Shown piece by piece: positions 1 through 8,683 of a stretch of 64,000 nucleotides of DNA. The first letter of the stretch is position 1. Each line of letters begins with the position of its first letter. The translations under genes and the position numbers were made by a program. The notes beneath the pieces are model-generated. The model made no database searches, was not told where the DNA came from, and was given only the letters and a program-made list of their open reading frames with translations. Origin of the DNA: Candidatus Sericytochromatia bacterium (GTDB taxonomy: Bacteria; Cyanobacteriota; Sericytochromatia; S15B-MN24; VGJW01); the NCBI GenBank assembly GCA_035285865.1, contig JAYKHS010000004.1:64824-128823 (forward strand), read 5' to 3'.

Positions 1-117
1 GGCCTCCATCAACCAGGATCTGCTGGCCATTCGCCATGTGGTCCAGGCGAGGCCGGGCGTCGGGGCGAGCAACGGTCCGGTCCCCGGAGGCGCTCCCGGG
101 GCACCGAGGTTGCTGCC

Positions 118-1782
118 GTGACGGCGAAGGAGCCTACAGCCCGGCAACAGGAGCCGATATTCTCCGACCAAGCAGATCCGACTCCGGCTCGCGCCGCCCT
201 CCTCGCGGGGGGCGCCTTGCTTTTGATGGCTTTCGTCGTGCGATTGGGCATGTGGCATGTCCGCTGGGGCAATGCCAATCAGGTGAATGACGATGGTGCC
301 TACTGGGCAGGAGCCCTTTCACTGCTTGAGGGCAAGGGCTTTTGCCTGGCGTGGGCACCCGTGGACATCTCGATGGATCGTTTCCCGCCGGGCTGGTCCA
401 TGCTGCTCGTCGCTGTCCTGCGCATCTTCGGCACCGGCTGGGAGGGTATCTTGGGAGGCCAGGTGCTTGTGCTGATGTTATGGGGAGCGACTCTGGCCGT
501 GGCCTTCCACTGGGCCGCGGGTGCCCGGTTCTGGCCCTGGTGGTCCGTGGGGCCTGGGCTCGCGCTGTTGGCGGTCAATCCCCTCATCATCGAGAATTCC
601 GGGTCCCTGATCTCGGAGGCCCTGTTTTCGCTGTTGCTGATGGTCGCCTTCGTACTTTGGACCCGAGTCCAGGATGGCCCCCACATGGCGGCACTGGGCC
701 TGATCCTAGGCTATGCCTTCATCACCCGATATGCGGCCTTGCCCCTGTTGGGCATGGCCTTCATCCACACCGTGCGGTCGCGACGCCTGGGGGCTTGGCC
801 CTTCGTGCTCGGAGCTGTCCTGCCCATCGGTTTCTGGGGACTGTGGTGGTGGGCCTTCAAGTCGACGGGCTACGTTTCGCAAATCGCATATTGGACCCAA
901 GGTGACGTGGCCTTCAGGCTCGGTTCACTTGGGCTGTCGTTCGCCCGCAGCTTCCTCCAAGCCGTTCCCTCGCTGCTGCTGCCTGGTGTTTACTTCGCGC
1001 GCTTTCCTGAACTAACGCCCCTGCCGCTAGGCAGTCCGGCCCTCATCGTGCTGGCGCTGATTCTCGATGCCACGCTCGTGACCCTGTTGGTCCTTGGCTG
1101 GAGGAGATCTCGGTTGCCGGGGACGCTTGGTCTCGGTATCGCAGCCTATGTCCTGATGGTCACCATCTGGCAGGCCGGGTTCCTGAATCTGGCGGAGCAC
1201 TTGCCGTTGCGCCTGCTCCAGCCCGTACTCCCCCTGTTGGTGGTCGTCATCGCCGCCGAGGCCGTCGTGCAGGCGCGCAGGCTTTCCGGGCCTTGGCGCC
1301 TGATTCTGCCTGCCTTGCTGGTGCTCCAGGCCGTTGCCTTCGTGGACGGGGTTCGCGGGGCCGAGCGGATGCAGCCGTATATCAAGGCCATGATGTTCTT
1401 CCACGAGATTACGCAGGACCGATTGGCCGACGAGGTGCGTCTGCTGGCTCCGCGGGGCTTGCTGGCCTCGGACTCCCCGGGCTTGCTTTACCAGGCCACG
1501 GGTCGCAGGACACTGTCCTTCTCGGGCGTGGATCCCGGCATCGAGCGTGCGATTTTGCTCGATGGTGTCGTGGCACTCCACGTACCGCTTGCCATTCGTC
1601 CGGACCTGGGACCGGCCCAGACGTGGGCAGGCATGACGTGGCTCAACGGCCGCATGCCGGGCCTGCTGCGCAAGGTCCACACGACCGCTGGGCCTGCTTC
1701 ATGGTACGTGGTCAATCAGACCGTGATGCAGCGTTGGCGCAAGCACCTGCTGCTGGGGGACCTCCGTCCCAACTTGCGTTGA
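118..1782 (+). CDS. GT-C fold polytopic membrane glycosyltransferase (PMT/ArnT-like)
   Basis: 554 aa with many TM helices; NDDGAYW acidic loop after TM1, FPPGW and SEALF motifs; convergent with the major pilin. Confidence 0.7.
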   Translation: MTAKEPTARQQEPIFSDQADPTPARAALLAGGALLLMAFVVRLGMWHVRWGNANQVNDDGAYWAGALSLLEGKGFCLAWAPVDISMDRFPPGWSMLLVAVLRIFGTGWEGILGGQVLVLMLWGATLAVAFHWAAGARFWPWWSVGPGLALLAVNPLIIENSGSLISEALFSLLLMVAFVLWTRVQDGPHMAALGLILGYAFITRYAALPLLGMAFIHTVRSRRLGAWPFVLGAVLPIGFWGLWWWAFKSTGYVSQIAYWTQGDVAFRLGSLGLSFARSFLQAVPSLLLPGVYFARFPELTPLPLGSPALIVLALILDATLVTLLVLGWRRSRLPGTLGLGIAAYVLMVTIWQAGFLNLAEHLPLRLLQPVLPLLVVVIAAEAVVQARRLSGPWRLILPALLVLQAVAFVDGVRGAERMQPYIKAMMFFHEITQDRLADEVRLLAPRGLLASDSPGLLYQATGRRTLSFSGVDPGIERAILLDGVVALHVPLAIRPDLGPAQTWAGMTWLNGRMPGLLRKVHTTAGPASWYVVNQTVMQRWRKHLLLGDLRPNLR

Positions 1783-1903
1783 GCTGACGTCCGGCTGCTC
1801 ATTCACTCCTGTGTGTGCGGCTGAAGTGATGGCTGCTACGTGCACGGAGCGATCAGTCCCCCGTAGTGAAGATGTAGGGCCTGGAGCCACCGCCCTGCAA
1901 AAT

Positions 1904-1938
1904 GAAACCGGGCCCTGCTTGCGCAAGGGCCCGGTTTC
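1904..1938 (-). terminator. Intrinsic terminator downstream of the major pilin
   Basis: Perfect 13-bp stem GAAACCGGGCCCT/AGGGCCCGGTTTC followed by ATTTT on the minus strand, 16 bp after the pilin stop. Confidence 0.75.
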
Positions 1939-1954
1939 GGAACGAGAGCGTCGA

Positions 1955-2677
1955 CTAGTTGTTCGGCTTGGCGCCAACGGTGAAGTTGGGCCAACGACCC
2001 ACTGCGTCTGCGGTGAAGCAGGCGTAACCCTTCAGGTACACCGAGCTGTTGGTGACCTGGTCATTCTGGACCACGATGCGGGAGTTGGCGGAGTCCGAGA
2101 TGTAGACCAGCGCGCCAATCAAGTTGTCGCTCTGGGTGGTGCTGAAGCCGGCGACGGGCTTGGCACCCGCGTGCAGGGCCGTCGCACCGGAGTAGCCCGA
2201 AGGGTTGGCAGCAAGGGCAGCCGCGGCATCGAGCGCGATGGTCGACGCGGTCGTGGCGCGGGTACCGTCGACGCCGGTGGCGCCGGCGGCTGCAGACATC
2301 GTCAGAACGGCGACGCCACCCGCATTGGCCGCAGTGTAGTCAGCGGCATAATTGGTGTGCGCGGAGTTCGGATTCAAGGACGATCCGATGACACCGCCCC
2401 AAGGGCTCTTGTTCCAGTCATCGGGGCGCTTGCGAATCCAGAGATCGTTGATGTCGCGAAGGCTGGTCGGGTAGATGCCCTGGTTCTGGGCGGCGAACTC
2501 CTCGATGACCTGCTGCAGGCCGACGACCTTGCTGCTGGCGCGGCTGTTTCCGGCCGAGTTCTTCGCCTGGTTGTAGATGAGCGTCGCGCCGGCGATCATG
2601 ACGATACCGATGACGATCGCGAGGGTCACCTCGATCAGGGTGAAGCCCTTCTTCTTGCGCGTGGCTTGCGAAATCAT
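1955..2677 (-). CDS. pilA: Type IV prepilin, probable major pilin
   Basis: Basic leader MISQATRKKKG then FTLIE plus hydrophobic helix; strong RBS GGAGGAAGGAG; own terminator; SPWGG motif. Confidence 0.85.
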   Translation of the reverse strand: MISQATRKKKGFTLIEVTLAIVIGIVMIAGATLIYNQAKNSAGNSRASSKVVGLQQVIEEFAAQNQGIYPTSLRDINDLWIRKRPDDWNKSPWGGVIGSSLNPNSAHTNYAADYTAANAGGVAVLTMSAAAGATGVDGTRATTASTIALDAAAALAANPSGYSGATALHAGAKPVAGFSTTQSDNLIGALVYISDSANSRIVVQNDQVTNSSVYLKGYACFTADAVGRWPNFTVGAKPNN

Positions 2678-2830
2678 AATTCTCCTTCCTCCGCATGAGG
2701 CACAACCGCTTGTGCCCTGTGTGATGGTGTACCAAACCTGGGTGATGACACTTTACCGCGTCCATGTCGCTTCAAACGAGGGAACGTCCACGCCCTCAGG
2801 GTCTTTCAGGTGAGTTCATTATTCGTTACA

Positions 2831-3502
2831 TTACTCGCCAGTCTTCGCATCCTTCAACAAATCCCCACGTCCTTCCTTCTTGATCCAATTGGCTGCACAA
2901 GTGCGCATGGACGGGGACTTGGTGGTTCTCCAGATGTCGTACCAGATGCGCAGCGCCATGTCCTTGCGCGCCGAGGACAGGTGCATTCTCGCGGCAAAGA
3001 AGGCCGCGGCGGGATCGGCCCCAGGCATGGACGCAGCGCGTTCGAAGGCCGTCGCCGCCTCTGCATATCGGGTGCTGTAGAGAAACAGCATCATCCCGGT
3101 CTGAAAGGGATACCACGAGTCCGTTGGCGAGGCTTTGGCTCCCTTTGCAAGAAGCCGAATGGCCCCATCGACGTCGCCGGCGTCCCCCAGCGCAACCGAA
3201 CCGATCTCATAGGCGGATCGCAACCTGGGGTCCAGGGTCACGACCAAGTCCAGGAGCGGGGCCACGTTATGGAAGGCACGGCCATGCGTCAACCAGTAGC
3301 CCCAATACGTACTGAAGCGAATGTAGGCAAGATCGGCCAGAAACCCGTCAAAACCTGCTGCAATCGCTTTGGCGACTCGGGGAGGAGGGACGGACTGCAG
3401 TCCGGGCAAGCGAACGCGAGCCGTGGCCCAGCCCTCGAAGGTCCACTGGATGGACGTGAAACCCAGCGAAGCAATCAACATCGCCTGCAAGGGGGCCCGC
3501 AT
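2831..3502 (-). CDS. TPR-containing pilus accessory protein (resembles Myxococcus PilG / Geobacter XapA)
   Basis: N-terminal hydrophobic segment, ADLAYIR..LDP..AY pattern and TPR-like helices; 3 bp from the ABC permease. Confidence 0.55.
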   Translation of the reverse strand: MRAPLQAMLIASLGFTSIQWTFEGWATARVRLPGLQSVPPPRVAKAIAAGFDGFLADLAYIRFSTYWGYWLTHGRAFHNVAPLLDLVVTLDPRLRSAYEIGSVALGDAGDVDGAIRLLAKGAKASPTDSWYPFQTGMMLFLYSTRYAEAATAFERAASMPGADPAAAFFAARMHLSSARKDMALRIWYDIWRTTKSPSMRTCAANWIKKEGRGDLLKDAKTGE

Positions 3503-3505
3503 CCG

Positions 3506-4279
3506 TCAAACCTCGCGGCGCAGGATGGAGAGCGTGGCCAGACCCAGAAACAGGAAGGTCCAGGCGAGCCCATAGCCACCGGCCCACAGGGCATCCTGCA
3601 ATCGAAGCGGATCTCCGTAAACCACCTGGTTCTTGACGTCGAGCACCTCGAGATTGGGCACGATTCGCAGCATGAACTCGCCGAACCAGCGAACGGCGTC
3701 AGGCGTTTCGGGTTGCTGGGTGAAGGTGTGGATGGTGGAGGTGGTGTGTCCCACCAGAAACAACCCGAGGCAGTAGGCCAGGCCGAGCGTCGGTGAGGTC
3801 AGGCTGGAGAAGAGCAAGGCCATCGCCGTGAAGACGGTGGCTTCGATCAGCATCAAGGGGATAGCCGGTAGCAGGTTCATGGGCACGAAGCCGCCCAGCA
3901 ACCCGTGAATGGCCACGAAAGCCAGCGTCATGGCGATGCCCAGAGCCAGAAGCACGGCACCGATCCCCAGCAACTTGCCAAGGAGGTACTCGCCCCTGCG
4001 CACCGGTTTGGACAACACCAGGAAGATGGTCCTGCGGTCGATGTCTCGGTGAATGCCTTGACTGCCCAGCAAGATACCAACCAGCAGCAGAAGGATCTGG
4101 ATGAAGGCAAGCGCGAGGTCGCGAATGACTTTGGCCTCAGATCCGGCGGAAAGGTTGCCGGCGAGGAAGGCCCCGGCCATCAGGACAACTGCGAAGAGCC
4201 CGACGAGATTGAAAACCCGATCGCGTAGGGCTTCCTTGAAGGTGATGGAGGCGAGATGGTACCAGCGCATGGGCGACAT
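3506..4279 (-). CDS. ABC-2 type permease (PilI/XapB-like)
   Basis: TFKEALRDRV N-terminus, DIDRRTIFLVLSKPVRRGEYLLGK signature, about 6 TM helices. Confidence 0.85.
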   Translation of the reverse strand: MSPMRWYHLASITFKEALRDRVFNLVGLFAVVLMAGAFLAGNLSAGSEAKVIRDLALAFIQILLLLVGILLGSQGIHRDIDRRTIFLVLSKPVRRGEYLLGKLLGIGAVLLALGIAMTLAFVAIHGLLGGFVPMNLLPAIPLMLIEATVFTAMALLFSSLTSPTLGLAYCLGLFLVGHTTSTIHTFTQQPETPDAVRWFGEFMLRIVPNLEVLDVKNQVVYGDPLRLQDALWAGGYGLAWTFLFLGLATLSILRREV

Positions 4280-4331
4280 GATGAGGGATCGGGCCGAACT
4301 CGGGCAATGATCCGGTCGACAGGTGAGCCTA

Positions 4332-5135
4332 CTACTCCGAGGCAGTAACCTCAGTGTTCTTCAGGGTGAAGGTGATGGTGGGCGTGTCTCTGGCATTGTT
4401 GAGGACGGGATTGAGCAGCTCGGCACTCGCGGTACTGGGGTACAGCAGCAGGCCGTCGATAAAGGAGCCGGGGGTGAAGCCATCCTCCCCTACGCCCCAC
4501 AGATTGGATCTGGCTTCGCGCCATTTTGCGTCCAGATAAGCCTTGGCGTCATCCGTATTCCGGAGGTTCAGGGTCCTGGTGAAGTCGCCGTCCGTTGTCG
4601 GTACGGTGATACGGATGGGGGTCCGGGTCGTCAGGTTACTCTGCAGGAGGCTGTTCTCCCACACGGCGCGCAGATTGTAGGTGCGCTGCAGGGTGACTGC
4701 CGTGTCGGCCAATCCCACGGGACTGTCGTCACGCGCGAGGTCCCCGAGGCTGAAGATGTAGATACTCTCGGTCGATGCAGAGAATCCGGCCGGAATGACC
4801 GAGAAGGTGGCATCACCCTCACCTCTCCTGGGGCCTTCAACCTCAAGAACCCAGTAGAGAATGAAGGGGATGCTACCTTCGATTCTGCTGAACCTGAACA
4901 CTAAATCACGTAAGGTGTTCGTGGGCGGGCTGGGACTACCCGAAGCGTCCAGAGTGATGACTCGGTCGACTCCTGGTGACTGGTCCACTGCCAACTCCAG
5001 TGATGTAGACCGCGTGAAAGCATTGGAATAGAGCTGGGGAACGGACTGAGCACAGGCAGCCGTTCCGAGCATGACTGCGGAGGCCAGCAGCAGCTCCCTG
5101 ACCCGCCTCCCAGAGTGCCGAAGGTATTCAGACAT
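4332..5135 (-). CDS. Hypothetical lipoprotein coupled to the secretin
   Basis: Likely ATG at 5135 overlaps the secretin stop; signal peptide ending in lipobox LGTAAC; beta-rich body. Confidence 0.6.
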   Translation of the reverse strand: MSEYLRHSGRRVRELLLASAVMLGTAACAQSVPQLYSNAFTRSTSLELAVDQSPGVDRVITLDASGSPSPPTNTLRDLVFRFSRIEGSIPFILYWVLEVEGPRRGEGDATFSVIPAGFSASTESIYIFSLGDLARDDSPVGLADTAVTLQRTYNLRAVWENSLLQSNLTTRTPIRITVPTTDGDFTRTLNLRNTDDAKAYLDAKWREARSNLWGVGEDGFTPGSFIDGLLLYPSTASAELLNPVLNNARDTPTITFTLKNTEVTASE

Positions 5136-7125
5136 CAGGTTGAATCTCCGGGGTGATGTAGATCTGGACTTCAGACTTCCGCTTGTTGCGGGTCTTGGTG
5201 CCGGTGCCAAAAACGAAGTCCCAAGCGCCGCGCACGAGTGGCTTGGTGCGGGTGACCTCAAGGATGTTTGTCACCAACGGGAAGTCGAACGGCAAGCCAT
5301 CTTGCGAGACGTTGTTGTCAGATTCCTGAATCAAGCCGGCGATAACAATGGTTTCGCCATCCTTGACCCGAATCTCCTCGGATTGATAGGTCCGCTGGGT
5401 GGTCAGTGTGATGACCTGCTGGGCCACATTCAGGGTCTCGCCAGGGAACGAAATCGTAGGTTTGACAAACAAGGAAACGGAATTGTCCAGCAGGATTCGG
5501 GGAGTGATTTCCAGTTCGATGCCAACCTGAGCGGTCTGAACGGTCTGGGTTACCTGAGCGGATTGGCCGAGACCCGTCGTGGTGGTCGTGATGCCTGCCA
5601 GAATCTGCTGGGTGCTGGAAAGCTTGGAAGTTCTGTTATCCATCGCAAGGATCGTGGGGCTGGCAAGCAACTTGGCTTTCGATTCTTCTTCGAGACGCCG
5701 AAATGTAACGTCAAGGTTGAAGAGGTTCGGTACTTTGGAGGTGGACACTTGGGTTTCACCGAAGGGTGAGGTCCCTGTTTCGATTGCCTTGAAAAGATTC
5801 GTTGTCACAGGCATGTAGGGTAGCTGCAGGTTGTTGAGGAGCCCTGAGAGCTCTTTTCGGCCGTTTTCGTTGAGTTCCACGATCTGCGTACGCAGGAGGA
5901 CCTGTCTGCGCCGCTTGTCGATGCGGGGCAGGATCTGCTCCACGAGGTTGAGTTCCTCGCGGCTGCCGATGACCAGCAGGTTGTTGTCCCGGACGAGCGG
6001 TACGAAGCGTGGTGTTGCCTCCGTGACGCCCGGATTGATCTGCGTGGGTTTCGACCCCTTGCCGAAGTCCAAGTCCTGAACGGTGAACGGGACGCCGCCA
6101 GCGCCACCCGCACCGCCGCCAGCGCCCCCGGCGGCGCCTGCCGCAGCGGCCCCGGCGGCTGCTCCACCGCCCGACACCACCGTGTCCTGGACGACGCCGG
6201 CACCCACGAAGTAACTGTTCTTCAGCAGGTTGATGGCTTCCATCGGCGTCAGGTACGTCAGCCGGAAGATCTTGCTGGGCATCAGGACGTCCATGCGCTT
6301 GACCAGACGCTCGACGATCTCGATGTCCTCGTTCGTGCCGTGGACGATGATGCTGTTGGTGCGGGAGTCGGCAATCAGCTTGTAGGCCGGCGAGAATGAG
6401 GAAGCACCCGCCGCGCCACCCGCCGTGTTGCTTGCCCCCGAGATGCCGCTGTTGCCCACGATGGTGGTGATCTTGGTGATCATCGTGCTTGCCGGGGCGA
6501 AGTGCACGGGCATGAAGCGGATCTGGGCCTGCCCGTAGCGACCGCTGCGGTAGATGATGTACGTGCTGCCCGTCTTCTGCATCGTGAGGGCGTTGGTGGC
6601 CAGCAACGTCTCCATGATCTGGTTGAGCGGGATGTTCTGGAAGTCGACGGCTACTGTTCCCGTGACCGACGGATCGATGATCAGGTTGAGGTTCTTCATC
6701 TCGGCAATCGTGCCAATGACTTCCTGAACAGGCAGGCCCCGGGCTCTCAGGAACAGGCGCTCGCTGCCACCGGGCAGGCTGACGCGAGTCGCGAGCGTGA
6801 TGTTGTCATCGGCCTTGCCCGCAGGCATCTCGATGGTCTCGACGCCGCTCGGAGCCGGCGTCGCCTGGACGAGGAAGGACGTGGGGCGGCCGGGTGACTT
6901 CGGCGCGGCAGGCTTCAGGATGGGGACCGCGACCACGGGTGCTTTCGCCGGCTTGCTTGGAACAACCGGCGCCTTGACGACTTTGGCAGCCTTCGCTGGC
7001 CTGCTGGTGGCCGGCTTGCGGGCCTTGTGCTTCGGCGCCGCTGAAGCGATATCGGCCAGCGGGCCGATGGCCACGCCGATCGCCAGGGCGAGGAGGAACG
7101 AGTCCTTGTAAGGGCGGCGCAACAT
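5128..7125 (-). CDS. pilQ: Secretin (PilQ/GspD family)
   Basis: Signal peptide, STN/N0 domain (NLIIDPSVTGTV), N3 domains (ADSRTNSIIV), secretin core (LLASPTIL, GIELEITP, VKDGETIVIAGL, IYITPEI); start placed at MLRRPY after GGAAGG (ORF track starts at 7140). Confidence 0.9.
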   Translation of the reverse strand: MLRRPYKDSFLLALAIGVAIGPLADIASAAPKHKARKPATSRPAKAAKVVKAPVVPSKPAKAPVVAVPILKPAAPKSPGRPTSFLVQATPAPSGVETIEMPAGKADDNITLATRVSLPGGSERLFLRARGLPVQEVIGTIAEMKNLNLIIDPSVTGTVAVDFQNIPLNQIMETLLATNALTMQKTGSTYIIYRSGRYGQAQIRFMPVHFAPASTMITKITTIVGNSGISGASNTAGGAAGASSFSPAYKLIADSRTNSIIVHGTNEDIEIVERLVKRMDVLMPSKIFRLTYLTPMEAINLLKNSYFVGAGVVQDTVVSGGGAAAGAAAAGAAGGAGGGAGGAGGVPFTVQDLDFGKGSKPTQINPGVTEATPRFVPLVRDNNLLVIGSREELNLVEQILPRIDKRRRQVLLRTQIVELNENGRKELSGLLNNLQLPYMPVTTNLFKAIETGTSPFGETQVSTSKVPNLFNLDVTFRRLEEESKAKLLASPTILAMDNRTSKLSSTQQILAGITTTTTGLGQSAQVTQTVQTAQVGIELEITPRILLDNSVSLFVKPTISFPGETLNVAQQVITLTTQRTYQSEEIRVKDGETIVIAGLIQESDNNVSQDGLPFDFPLVTNILEVTRTKPLVRGAWDFVFGTGTKTRNKRKSEVQIYITPEIQPDV

Positions 7126-7209
7126 GCAGAAGCCTTCCATAGGGTCACGGATGACTTCATCCGTGGCGACAGGCGCCTATACCCTGTCCGGCAGGTTGTC
7201 TAACGCCTG

Positions 7210-7998
7210 CTAGAGTCCGCCGCCGCCGCCACCGCTGCCGCCGACGCGGCCGGTGAAGCCCCCTCCGCTCGTCGATCCACCCCCACCCGTGCCGCCGCCA
7301 CCCGTGGTCCCGCCACCGCCGGTGGTCGTGCCACCACCGCCAACGGCCACCGCGGACGTGGTGTCCGCGGCCACACTGCCATCGGCCAGGTAAACCGGCG
7401 GTCCCGACGGGAACAGGAAGCGTCGGCCCTGATTGTCGCAATAGGCCACGGCATAGGTGTCGAAATGCTTGTAGGCCTTGGTCGCGTTGTCGAAAACCAT
7501 GATCTCGGTGCGGCCCGCATCCACGTGAAAGTAATAGAGGAGGCCGCTGTCCCCATGGTTGGTGCTGGCGGCGACGAACCGAGGGGTCGATTGCAGGAAG
7601 AAGACATTCCTGAACGAGAAGCCATTCGTGGCCAGCTGCGGCCAGCACTGGGAGTTGGGCGGGTTCTGCGCGCCGCGGTCGGGCCCGCAATCGGAGGGGC
7701 CGCCCCATGGGCTGTTGGCATGGTCTTCGCGGCGATTGGCCAGCAGCAGTTCCATGAAGGTTTCGCGTGTCGGCGGAGTGCTCTGTTGCGTCACGACGCG
7801 CTCCACCAGGGTTCGGGCAGCCTGCACGCGGGCCTGTGCGACGGAGAACCCGGCGGATTCACGCAGTTGGCGAAACATGACGGCGCCTGCCCCCAGCACG
7901 ATGGCCCCGATGATGATGACCAGCATCGTCTCGGCGAGTGTGAACCCCGCAAGGCGTACGGATGGGCGGGGATTCTGGCGTCGGCTGCTGCTGCTCAT
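7210..7998 (-). CDS. Type IV minor prepilin with Gly/Thr-rich C-terminal tail
   Basis: G|FTLAETMLVIIIGAIVL; NSPWGG; ATG overlaps the upstream pilin stop. Confidence 0.8.
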   Translation of the reverse strand: MSSSSRRQNPRPSVRLAGFTLAETMLVIIIGAIVLGAGAVMFRQLRESAGFSVAQARVQAARTLVERVVTQQSTPPTRETFMELLLANRREDHANSPWGGPSDCGPDRGAQNPPNSQCWPQLATNGFSFRNVFFLQSTPRFVAASTNHGDSGLLYYFHVDAGRTEIMVFDNATKAYKHFDTYAVAYCDNQGRRFLFPSGPPVYLADGSVAADTTSAVAVGGGGTTTGGGGTTGGGGTGGGGSTSGGGFTGRVGGSGGGGGGL

Positions 7999-8552
7999 TG
8001 GCTGGTGGTCCGCATGAAGTACCAACGGCGATAGTGCTTGCTGATGGCCACGGAGTAGTTTCGGCAAACGACGCCCGAACTTCCCTGCGAAAGGTCGGCG
8101 AGGGTTCGGACCACCGTAGCTTGGCCGGGCAGAGCCAGACGGATGTAGTAGCAATAGTCGGTGCCGCGCGGCGAACCGTTGACGACGGGTTCTCGGGTGA
8201 TGGCCGCGGAGGTCTGCGGCTCGGGGATGCTCCCGGGATCGCTGTCATAGACGAAGAGCCCCTTCACGATGGAGTCCGAATTGTCGACGATGGCGCCGCC
8301 CCAAGGTGAGAGTTCAGCGTCCTGGCGGCGTGCGCCCCAGGCTGACTGTGCATCCGACGCATCCGGGTAATATCCCCGCGTCGCGTAGGACGACTCGACC
8401 ATGGCCTGGAGATCGCCGACCTTGGCAGCGGCACGGGAGTCGCCGGCCGCCTCCTTGGCCGAGTTGTAGGCGAAGGCCGTCGCTGCGGCCAGAATCAGAC
8501 CGAGGCTGATCGCCAGCCCGACCTCCAGCAGGGTCATGCCCCTGTGCGCCAT
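7995..8552 (-). CDS. Type IV prepilin, paralogue of the major pilin
   Basis: MAHRG|MTLLEVGLAI; YNSAKEAAGDSRAAAKV aligns with major pilin YNQAKNSAGNSRASSKV; SPWGG. Confidence 0.85.
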   Translation of the reverse strand: MAHRGMTLLEVGLAISLGLILAAATAFAYNSAKEAAGDSRAAAKVGDLQAMVESSYATRGYYPDASDAQSAWGARRQDAELSPWGGAIVDNSDSIVKGLFVYDSDPGSIPEPQTSAAITREPVVNGSPRGTDYCYYIRLALPGQATVVRTLADLSQGSSGVVCRNYSVAISKHYRRWYFMRTTSQ

Positions 8553-8683
8553 GGTGCGTCTCACGATTCCCTTGTACCCGGAACACGGCGTTGTGACGAT
8601 CCGTAGGCTGCGGGGTAACAATTAGGGGAACTCAGCGCCCCTCTCGTCGACGCAGGGCGTGCGTCCCCGTCTCCGCAGGCCGT

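Noticed and set aside
2699..2718. Sigma54 promoter upstream of the major pilin
   Set aside because: GGCACAAGCGGTTGTGCC lacks GC at the GG-N10-GC position and is better read as a small hairpin
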